DNA of 64,000 nt from Felis catus (Eukaryota), in NCBI RefSeq assembly GCF_018350175.1, contig NC_058368.1:115570001-115634000 (forward strand), in the 5' to 3' direction. How positions within the stretch are numbered: the stretch's first letter is position 1; each line of letters starts with the position of its first letter. Both the position numbers and the translations under genes were made by a program. Under the pieces are notes generated by a model. The model ran no database searches and had not been told where the DNA came from. It saw nothing but the letters and a program-made list of their open reading frames with translations. This document shows positions 25,331-36,359 of this stretch, piece by piece.

Positions 25331-26920
25331 AATGATTTTCCGGGAGGCGCTGGTTATCTCTGGCCCCAGCCAGCCACCGCTGCTGGAGCACGGACACCTC
25401 CCCACCCTTCCTCTCACCCCCAAGAGACCCGCCAAATAACCAAACAACCCCAAGTGGACGCTGGAGGTTGAAGGCTCCCCGAGGAGCCCCCAGAACTCTG
25501 GCTGTGGGTAATGTTTGTTCTGTCCACCCAAGATGTTACTGCATCCTCTTCTGAAGATTTTCCCAAAGCCCCTTTTCGAAGCAGAGGAAACTGAGGCTCA
25601 GAGAAACCTTGCACAAGGTCACAAGGACCTAGCCACTGCTCGGCTGAGTGAGTTGCCCCTCTTAGAGCCACCCTGTTGGGGACTCAACAGTCCCACATGG
25701 CCCAGGGGCTGAGCCAGTTTCCAGGCTCCCCGGTGGAAGTGCTGACGTGGCTCTGGGCAGCTGTCTGGGGCCGGGAAGCGGGGCAGATGTCACAGAGCCC
25801 AAGGGAGGAGGCGGCTCCACGGGGAGGGCAGGGAGGGGGAGGGTAGGCAGGGCCTCTAGCCTGGCCAGACACGCCTCCTCCCCCTAGGTCTGGCTGTCTG
25901 TCTGGGGCTGGGGCACAGCCACAGGCCAGGCTGACCCGCCTCCAAGTCTAGCTCCAGGTCCTCTGTGTGGCTGCTGACAAGTGCTGCAACCTCTCTGGGC
26001 CTCTTCCTCTCTTGTCAGAGCATAACAGCACCTGCTTTAGAGGGGTGTGAGCTTCCTATGACAGCAAAGGTGTACAAAGCCTCTAATCCAGTCCTGGACA
26101 CACTGTTCCTGCTCAGTAAAATTCGGCTATTGTTATGGTTGTTGTCTTTGCAAGTGGGAATTCAGTGTGTCCAAAGGCAAAACTGAGTCCTGAGGGTACC
26201 ACCTGGCTTCAGAGGTCATTCCAGCCAGCCTCCTGCCTTGCTGCCCCTGGCCCTCTGCATTTCTCATGCTTGTCTAGCTTTGTTCCTTGTTACTGAAGTG
26301 TCAGCCCCCCTCAGCTCTGCCTGCTGCCAGGCTGCCCCCACTCCCTCTTGTTGGTGTGGTTCCCTCCTATCTGGCCGCCACATTGGGTCCCTCGAGCAGC
26401 ACAGCCCCCTGGGAACAGCAATCGATGGGGCGGAACAGCCTCCCTGACAGATGGACCCACGGAGGCTGGGCTGCTTCAGCAGAGCTCCCTAGGAAACCAG
26501 AGATAGGAGCTGAGCCACCATGGCTGCCTCCTAAACAGAAATGGGAGGGAGTGGGGAGATGAGGAGGAGGAGACCAGCGCTTCCAACCAGGTCCAGACTG
26601 GGCCAGCCCTCTGGGAGTGGGCCCCGAAGGGCAGGGCAGCCCCTATGCTTTGTCCTAGACCCAGAATCCTCGTGGGGAGAGAGCTCTGTAGAGCTTACCT
26701 GGTAGGTGGGATACATCTAGTCCCCCTTCATGAGCAGTTGAAGAGTTTTTCCAGCTGCCTATCATAGGCATTTTTTCTAACAACCCCAGAGGCTGCTTGG
26801 TAGATAGGTGGATGGGCAGGAGGCTTGCCACAATTCCTCAGGCCACAAATGGCATTTAAAGCCGGAACAGCAGAAGTACCTTCTCTCACTGTGAGGGTGG
26901 GAGATGAGTAGCAGTGGTTG

Positions 26921-26995
26921 TGACAACCAAAAATGTCTCCAGACATTGTCCAGTGTCCTCTGGGAGGCAGAATCAGCCCTAGTTGAGAACCACTG
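26921..26995. mobile_element. MER20-like hAT DNA transposon end fragment
   Basis: TGACAACCAAAAATGTCTCCAGACATTG...GTTGAGAACCACTG resembles the MER20 terminus as I recall it. Confidence 0.75.
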
Positions 26996-28780
26996 GTCTA
27001 ACCTCAGGATCAGCCCCCTGGCTGGGAAGCGGTGGCCAAGACCCACAGGGATGCCAGAGGTCCTCTGCAATAGTGGAGGGGGAGGTTTCCAAAACAGCTT
27101 TGTCCCCAGCTGTCTCAGACCCAGGAGGGTGGGAGACACTTCCCCCCCTGCACTCCCCCCCCCCCCCCGCCACCATGGCCCTAACTGCCAGGTTGGAGGG
27201 AACCATGCTTGCCTGAGATGGCAGGGCTGTTGGCGTCACTGCTCAGCTGCGCCAGGCTTCATGCCAACACCTCACTGCTGAGACTACACAGCATGGGGGC
27301 GGGGGAGCGGGTGCGGTCATAGGGGGTACTCAGGCTGCCTGGGCAGCCTTCTGTCCAGCCAGTTTGAGATGGGAGGAGCCAGTATGGATGATCAGCTTCC
27401 TCCCTTCCCTTCCTTTGGTGCCCCAGCAATGTCTCTCGGCTGGTGTTGGACTGTGTATGGAGCTGGCAGGCCTCAGAGCCAGTGGGGGCTACTGCCTAGA
27501 GTAGGAGAAGGATTGTGGACACAAGTCCAGCGGGCCCAGCCAGCTGACAGCTGGTCCACCTGAGTACCGAGCTGGCCCCTCCAGGAAGGGGAGGGAGGAA
27601 GGTTCTGTGGGCTGGCTAAATGGTGCCTAAGTCTCCGGACCCACAAGCCCTTGAGCCAGACACCTGGGGAAGGGGTTCCCTCTGGAGTCATCTTCTGCCT
27701 ACCCACACAGGCACGCAGGCACTGAGGTGAAGGAAGGTTCTCTGGTGCACAGACTCACTGCTGGGAAGTCCTACTTATGTCTAACCTACTTCCTTTCTTC
27801 CTGTAACATCTGATGCCCTATCCTGGACTGCATACTCTGGCCCCAGCAGAGTAAGAACCCAACATTTCGTGTTCTCTGGCCAGGGTATGCCTTTATTCCT
27901 GGAGAAGAGAACCCTTATCTGTAGGGGAAATTTCAGTCGGAATGCAGGTCACTGGGTCCTTGTGTGGGTAGACTAGACTATGGTGCCTAGTGGGCAGGGC
28001 ACAGGGGATGGAGAGGGGCATTGGTGCCAGTTGACAAACTAAGGACCACAGAGAGCAGGGTTTCCCCAAGGCATATTGAACCCAACACCAGCCTAGGGGG
28101 TCCCAGAGTAGGGAGGAGGAAGTGGCTGGGAGGTGGGCAGTGCCTTTGTAACCAGAGATGAGCCAAGCTGGCTGAGGTGGCAGCTTGGGGTTGGGGTTTA
28201 AAATAGCGCCTCGGCCTGGCCAGGATCGGGTTCGGGTCACCCACAAGGCAGCGTGGCCACCACCATCCAGCTCAGGTTTCTTGCCTTTCTTGATGACTTG
28301 ATGGAGAACAGGACTACACAGGTGTATGGGCCTGACACTACAGTCCCCTGACCAATCTGGCCTGTCTCCTTTCTCCTCCACACCCAACCCTATGGGACAG
28401 ATCATCCCAGCCATCTTCTGATGACCTCCCTCCTCTTCAATAAACATTTATTTAACATCAGCTGGGGACCAGGCCCTTGACAGAGCATGGAGATACAAGT
28501 AAAGCCTGACCCTGTCCCAGGCCCCAGGAGTCCTGGCTCTCAGAAATGTGTAGAAGGGGGAGAGCGATCAGTATTCAGCAGAGACCCTCTGCATTTCACT
28601 GATGTCCTGGCCTCACCTTGGAAGTCCTTAGGACAAGGAAAGCAAGGGGTAGAAAGACCCCCACAGGCTGTAAGAGAGGAGGGTTAGACTTCAGATAAGC
28701 CTTCTACAGGAAAAATGGAGGTGGTTACAATGGGGAGGGGAAAATGTCTTCTAACGATTATCCCTGAAAACTCCCAGAGT

Positions 28781-29003
28781 GGGGCGCCTGGGTGGTTCAG
28801 TCAGTTAAGCAGCCGACTTCGGCTCAGGTCATGATCTCTCGGTCCGTGGGTTTGAGCCCTGCATCGGGCCCTGTGCTGATAGCTCGGAGCCTGGAGCCTG
28901 TTTCGGATTCTGTGTCTCCCTCTCTCTGACCCTCCCCTGTTCATGCTCTGTCTCTCACTGTCTCAAAAATAAATAAAACGTTAAAAAAGAAAAGAAAAGA
29001 AAA
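28781..29003 (+). mobile_element. Can-SINE with clean TSD
   Basis: TSD GAAAACTCCCAGAGT at 28766-28780 and 29004-29018. (GAAAA)n tail. Confidence 0.93.
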
Positions 29004-29791
29004 GAAAACTCCCAGAGTGGTTTACTCCCTCAGTGTTCCCTGGAGAAGGGACCAAACAGAATGACTTGTGCCCTCCCTCAAGGCAAATCCCTCATACCCA
29101 AGTCTGAGAGGGCATTCTGGTCTTTCTGTGTCCAAGGTGAGTGCCTACTTCCTTAGGCCCACCCAAGGAATATCTAAGGGGCCAGGAGATAGGAAGCGGG
29201 AGTCCCTTTTTTCAATGTTTCAAAAGAAGTGAGTAGTTCCAGCCCTGCCACACTACATAATGCTATTGGAATGGGCAAAAGCCTACCTCAAAAGATGAAA
29301 AGTTCTATCTAACCTCTGCTAGAGTCTCTGGATCACTGGGGGCAGTGGCCCCTGGGGCCTGGCAGGTAGCGTTTCTCCCTACTTTCCCTTCCTTCCCCAC
29401 CCATGGGTCTGAGTGGGAGGAAGTGACACAGGAGGAGGCCAAGTTAGCTCAGGGCCGACCCCTCCTAACTGGAGCAGTGACCTGCCCTCTTGATGGAGCT
29501 CACATATGTCTAAAAAAGTCTTGTGTATCTTAATGATTTCTCAACATCCCCTGATTGAAGTATGCCCAATTTAAGCCGTGCCGTAAGTAACTTTTTATAT
29601 TTCCTGGGGGAATCATTTCACTTATGAATCTTTTCTGAATCTGCAATCTCGATTAAAAGTTGATTTTTTTTTTTTTTTTTTTTTTTGTCTCCATCTCCTA
29701 GGCTTCTGAGATGCCTCCCTAGTGAAAAGGGTGGTAGCAGCATCAATCCTCCCTCATTAGCCTGTCTTAAGCAGGGTAATTCTTAGGCGGT

Positions 29792-29839
29792 GGGGCGGGC
29801 GGGGGGGGGGGGGGGGGGGGGGGGGAGGGGAGGGGCGGG
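29792..29839 (+). repeat. Poly-G tract (G25 at 29801-29825) with flanking G-runs
   Basis: Read directly from the sequence. Confidence 0.9.
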
Positions 29840-32712
29840 TAGTCTCCCCTGTGGTAGCACCTGGGGTATGTGTCCTGAGAGGCAGCTGGAGGAAGGGCTT
29901 ACAGAGAGGTAATGGGGGACACTGCCAGTCTCTTGCCCACATACTCTCCTGTACCTGCCCGAATCCGCACGCATGCGCACATATACACACACCCATTGTT
30001 TCACTAGGGAGGATTGTCCAGCCCATTCTGCCTTAAGGTTGTCTCTTCACCTATAGCTTAGGAATCTGAGGAGACAGAGAAACCCTCAAGGGTTCAGCTT
30101 GAAAGCACAGAGTTAGTTCAATCAAATCCTGGTCTGGTTTCCTGTACAGCTGCCACAGCTTGGGTAAATCACCTCTCAGAGCCTCAGTTTCCTTATTTAC
30201 AAAATGGGAATGTGATTACTAAACAGATAACCAAGCACACTGCCTCCAGAAAGGCAGCCTTTATTATTTCCCTTGGGGGACTGCAGCACCAGGAAGCAGG
30301 GTTGGAACAATGCTGAGGGTCCTATCCGTTCTGAACAATATCTAGTTCTTTTCCTCAGCCCATTCATTATCTAGTCCTGGTGACACTCCTTGAGGTAGAG
30401 TGGGTGGGACTAGCATAATTACCTCCCTGAGGAGGATAAGGGTCTGGTGGGGTTGGGACTTGCCCAGGGGCTGCCCCAGGAGGCCCACCCTGAGCTCCTG
30501 ACTCTCTTTTCCCTAAGAGGCAAAGGTCAGGGCTGCAGCAGGAAGGCTGGAGGGCAAACAATGGTGAGAAACTCTGAACTTTGAGAGAGGGTCCTCCCCA
30601 TAGACACCCTCCTTGACAGCCCCCACACCTCCCTCCTGATCTTTGAGGGAGGGACTTCTCCAGGTGCTGGGGCCTCTGGCCGGGACCTCTGACCTCTGAC
30701 TTCTGGTCTGGGGTAGACACTCTGAGAGCCAGAGTCACGACTGGGTGTGGGGCTGAGGGGACCCAGCAGCAGTGACTGTGGCTCTGGGAGTTAACGATTT
30801 ACAAGGGGCCCCTTCCTGAGGCCTCCCTCCTCCCAGGCAGCAGGCAACCCGTGACTGCCCAGGCGGCTAGACACAGAACCAGTCCCACCAGTTCAAAGAG
30901 GAGTTCATCCCAGGCCCACCCCCAGGCACTGCCTGAGCACCCCATTCTCTGGAGTCTGAAGGCAAGTAGAAGTTGGTGAGTGGGGTCCTCTGGTCTGAGG
31001 CTAGGTCCTGTTCAAAAGTCCCAGTGTCAAAACAAAACAAAACAAAACAAAACAAACACCCAAAAGTCTCGGTGTAAGGGGCATTAATAACCCTCTGCTG
31101 CTTTTAGGGCCAGGTCTGTGAGCCCCACCCCACCCCTGTGAGACCTCCAGCAGGGCTTTCCCATACCACCCCACCAGACCCTGTAGATCTTGGGTAGAAC
31201 ATTTTCAGGCCGGGCTGGCTTCTTGATACCCAGGGCACCCCTTCCTTTGGGCTGTGTCAGGGGCCTCCTGGTTTGGGACTTTGTGTCCTCCCCCTCCTCC
31301 ATGACCCCAATTCAGTTACCTTCTGGCCCCTCCCTCTTCCCCACAGCAGGGGAGGAGGAGAGGGTGCGTGGAGCCACGGCTTTGGCCTGTGAGAGGTCAC
31401 AGTTGCACTCCCATAGTAGAGACAATTGAACCATGAAGGTGCCGAGAGAAGTTAAGAGCTACAGCCAGGGGCATGATGTTCCCCGAACTGCCCCCACTCC
31501 CTTTCTTCGCTCCACACACAGGCTGAGTTCCCTGCGTCTGGCAGAGAATGGGCTTGTCTGGCATGTGCGTAGCATGTCTGCATGTCTGTGGCAAAAGGGG
31601 AAATACAGAGTGTGAGTGTGTGTGTTGGCCTGGTCTCTGCTCCCTCCCAGCCTCACCCCATAGTCATTTTGTTCTGTGACTGGAGTCCCCCCCCCCAACC
31701 CTGCCCTCCTCCTTTCTCAAGTTTACACAGCTTAGGTCTCTGCTGGGGCCACCAAACTGATTTCTCAGGGATGAGTGGGCCTTGGCATCCTAAGAGACAG
31801 ACCTGGCTTTTCTGAAGTTCTTTTCTAGTTTCACACCTCTCTTTTTCCTTCAAAGGTCATGGTGGCAGGGTTGGTGAGACCTAAGGGCCAGTGGTCAGTA
31901 TATGAGGGCTGAGAACCCAGAGGCCCGGGGCCTATGTCTGAGCAGTTAAGTTTCTCTCTTCCCCTGCCCATGTTTGCACCCCTAGTCCTGCCCTGGGATT
32001 TTGTTTGAGGTCACAGTCCAGTGTGACCCCACTGAAGATTATCCTGTACCCTGCCCTGAGACAGGGCTCCAAATGTCCTGTTTCCATCTTCTTTGATACA
32101 AGCGAGGGAAGCAGGGCCCCAAGAGGGGCCCTAGACATTAGATCAGGCTCCGGACTGGCCATCTTTATTGAAGACCCTAACTCCTACAGCCCTCCCTATG
32201 CAGCCACTTCCCAGTCGTTGGATGTTTAATCAATGACCAACATTAGTTGATAAATGACAGTTGTGGAAAAGGCAGATCCCTCAGACAAGGCATGGATTTA
32301 AATCTGAATTTTGTTACTTTGTAACCTTAAGCAGGTATCTGAGCCTGAGGATTAAATAAGCATATGCCCAGAAAGCAATTAGTGTGGTGCCAGACACATA
32401 GGAAGTGTGCAGAAAGACGTGGGCTACAATTGTTATTACTGGTACCTATTTAGTGCCAGGCTTCAGGCACAGGGCAGATAGGAGAGTCACCCTTTCACTT
32501 CATGGGTGGTAGTAGTGAGGGGACAAAGAGACAAATGAGCAAATAAAAACTATTTCTGTGCAGTGTGGTCACTGTGACCATAGGAGGGGACAGATGAGGG
32601 GGCCCCAAAGCCAGGCAACAGAGTACAGTTTTTCTGCCTGTGCACTGCAAAAAGGTACCTGGTAAACAGAGCTAGGGACACTGAAAGACAGTCCATGATC
32701 TATCAAGAGCAT

Positions 32713-33590
32713 GGGGCGCCTGGGTGGCTTAGTCGGTTAAGCATTCAAATTTGGCTCAGGTTATGATCTCACAGTTCATGAGTTCAAGCCCCGCACTGGG
32801 CTCTCTGCTTTCAGCACAGAGCCTGCTTGGGATCCTCCTCTGTTACCCCCTCTTTCTGTCTCTCCCCACGCTCTCTATCAAAAATAAACATTGGGGGGCG
32901 CCTGGGTGGCTCAGTTGGTTAAGCGGCCGACTTCGGCTCAGGTCATGATCTCGCGGTCCATGAGTTCGAGCCCTGCGTCGGGCTCTGTGCTGACAGCTCA
33001 GAGCCTGGAGCCTGTTTCAGATTCTGTGTCTCCCTCTCTCTGCCCCTCCCCTGCTCACGCTCTGTCTCTCTCTGTCTCAAACATAAATAAACGTTAAAAA
33101 AAATAAAAAAAATAAAAAAAAATAAAAACCCTTGAGCCAGATGTGTTCTGGTATTCAGAGGTTTAAAAAAAAATAAAATAAAAAAATAAATAAACATTGG
33201 GGCACCTGGGTGGGTCTGTCAGTTGAGCATCCGACTTTAGCTCAGGTCATGATCTCACACAGTTTGTGGGTTCAAGCCCCACATCAGGTTCTGTGCTGAC
33301 AGTTCAGAGCCTGGAGCCTGCTTCACATTCTGTGTCTCCCTCTCTCTCTGCCCTTCTCCTGCTCGTGCTCTGTGCTCTGTCTCTCCTCTCTCAAAAATAA
33401 ACATTTAAAAAAATTTTTTTAACTTATTTAAAAATAAATAAATAAACATTAAAAAAAAAAGAGTGTATTTATATGGGGTGCATGGCTGGCTCAGACAGAG
33501 GAGCATAGGACTCTTGATTGCCAGGTTGTGAGTTTGAGCCCCACATTGGGTGTAGAGATTACGAAAATAAGTAAACTTAAACAACAATAA
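32713..33590 (+). mobile_element. Nested cluster of four Can-SINEs
   Basis: Heads at ~32713, ~32895, ~33199 and ~33475, with repeated AAATAAACATT junctions. Confidence 0.9.
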
Positions 33591-34811
33591 AAGGGTGGAC
33601 CTACATCTCCCAAAAGAGAGTAACTTTTCTACTTTGTATAGAGGCTAGCAGTAGCCCTGTAGATTCGGGCCAAACTGATGCTGGGAATGGAAGTCAAAGA
33701 AGTGGGAGGTGACACATGCCATGGGCTTCAGTGAGGAGTTCATGAGATAAGCTTGATGAAGGTCCTCCTGGCCAGAGAGAACAGTACCCTCAGCCATGGA
33801 AGCGTGAAGGGATTTTCGGGGTGTCTGAGGGAACCACAAGCGTTGGATAGTGTTGGTCTGCAGGGCCCAGGGATTGCAGGCAGTCCTAGGGCTGATTAGG
33901 GAAGTCAGGTTGAGCTGGGGAAGGGGCTTGGCTGGAGCTTATGGGTTCTGAGGAATCACTACCGGAAGTGATGGAGGTGAACCCCAGGGCACATCCATCT
34001 GTGAGAAGACTCACTAGGACAGCAAATCACCTCAGGGGTTAGGAGAACAACTTTGGTGCCAGTCTCACTTAAGTTTCCTCATCTGACAAATGGGGATGAT
34101 ACTACTGCTGAGGCTGAATAAAGGATTAAATGAGTTTATGTACCTAGCTGTTTAGCCTGATGCCCTACTCATAAAAGCTTCATAAATGCCAGGTGTGGAT
34201 ATCATAACCAGGACAGGATCCTGGACTGTCACACTCCTACCCAGAATATAGTGAAGGTGGGTGCAGGGCTCCTCTTTCTCTGCAAGGTGCTAGAGACTTC
34301 AGAAATTTGATAGCTGAATCTAAGCTGATTGGTTGCATAACATTGTGAAACCTAAATATTCTTTTTTGGAGGCAAGGAATGAGGTGAGAACAGTGAACCA
34401 GGATGGCTTCACTTCTTGTGGAAGGGGTCTGGGTGGGGATGGTCTCCAGAGACCTCCCAGGAGTCCTTTCTGGGTGCCCCCACTTGTTTGTTATAGGGAA
34501 AGTTCTCTGTGGATGGCCTGCACATGACATTTCCTTTCAGGTTGTGTTCTCCCTATGGATACTTCTGCCTCTCTCTTCTTTGGTTCCTACCTGGGTTGAA
34601 TAGGTGAGAGTCTGAGTCTCCCTCCAGGAGAAGACCAAGGTTCCAAGATCCAACCTCTAAACTGGGCCAGGCATATACCAATACTCCTTGCCTGAGAAAG
34701 TCATCATTGGGATCATTTGGCTCATCTTCATCGCAGCCTGCCACCCCTTGGCCTTTGCCCTCCTGACTTCATTGGGGGGGGGGTGGAGTGGGGGCTAGAG
34801 GTGGGCAGAGG

Positions 34812-34815
<4 letters not shown>

Positions 34816-34848
<33 letters not shown>
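34816..34848. repeat. (CA)n microsatellite
   Basis: Read directly from the sequence. Confidence 0.95.
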
Positions 34849-34853
<5 letters not shown>

Positions 34854-36359
34854 GGTAATAATAATTCCCTTAGGTGGAGCTACTACCCACTCTCCATGAA
34901 TATCACCAGCATGAAACTTTTTTTGGGTGTGCAGAACCTGATTCTGCACTGACCCTAGACTGTAGGAGCCCTTCAGGACTGAGTTTCATTTCTTTGCTCC
35001 TAGTCCTCTGAGGCCTGCTGCTAACTCCTGGGGAATAAGTTCCCCCTCACAGTCAGTGCTCAGCTTCCCCAGAAAGGTAAGTAGAGGTGGGCTAAGTACT
35101 TAGAGATTCTGGAGGATCTAGACCTGGGACTCTGCCTCCTTTTTCTTATATGGTTAGTGCCCAATACAGTACCTGACACTCAGGGTAGGGCCCAGAATGT
35201 CTCTCTTTAAGCAGTTTAGGGGTGGTAATCTAGAGGTGTTCAATTTTCTTAAAACTGTGTTCCCATAGCAAGTACCTTGCTTTTACTCACATGGTTCGTT
35301 TGTTTGAGGTGGCTTTGAGGAAGGGTGCTGGAGAGAAGAGAGGAGAGAAGAGAAGAGGGCTAAATACCTCCCTTAGGAGCCATTCTTAGCACTTAGTTAA
35401 GGAAGGACACTTCTCAGCATTTGTGGAAAGGACGGAGTGTCCACGATGTCTCTGGAGGGGTCACTGCCTGTGGCTTGGAAGGTCAAGATGGGTAAAGAAG
35501 CAACACATTTCAGATGAACTCTGCCCTTTGACATCTCCCTAACTCCCCTATGCCTGGTTGGGTCAAGGTCCCAAGGCCAAATTTAGAAGGCTTGGGGAAT
35601 GGGCTGCTCCCAGAAGACCCAGGCCCCAAGGCCCTCTCCTGCCTTGGAGACAGGCAGGCCACACAGAGAGGAAGCAGTGAGGTGGGAGCTGGTTTCAGTT
35701 CTCCCACCAAGGCTGTGCCAGTGGCTGGAGGCACGGGGTTAGAGGCTGTTAACTCTCTCTTATCTGAGCTGCAATAGATTTGGGGGTGTACATATAACCC
35801 TAGGCAGACTTCCTGGGCATGCTACCCCTCTCTTATTAGGGTCTCCAGTTGGGTTTTTTTTGTTTTGTTTTTGTTTTTTGCCTGTAGGAAACATAAACCC
35901 ACCTACAAATTCCACAGAACCAGAGAAACTTCCCACTTTGGGATTATCTGCAGTTTGGGATTATATGAGCCTGGGGCTTGCCCTGTGGGCCCCTGAAGTG
36001 AAGAGAAGACATCTGCAGCTTTAGGATTAGCCCAAGCTGGGCAGATGGAGGGGGCACTGAGTGAGGGGAAGGATATTCGGGCGCAAATCTGTACCCTGGG
36101 CTTTTGTTCTCTTTCAACCAGTTTCTACTGAGTACTGCTCTGTGCCAGGCACTGTTTCAGGCTCCGTTTGTAGGCCACAGTCTCAGGGATCTACAATGTA
36201 GTTGCCTTAGCCCCAGGAGTCAGGGCTTGGACTGGCGCTGGAGTAGGAGAGAAAATGTCCTTTCTTAGATCGCTTTCCTCATCTGTAAAATGGGGACAAG
36301 AATCTTCTCTCCTAGTCTTCCCGGGAACTAGAGCCTACTGAGTCCCGGAAAGTGCTGGG

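Noticed and set aside
27648..27660. 13-mer CCCTTGAGCCAGA identical to the start of the 36-nt insert at 33129
   Set aside because: Similarity stops after 13 nt. This is too short to claim a local template and is plausibly chance.
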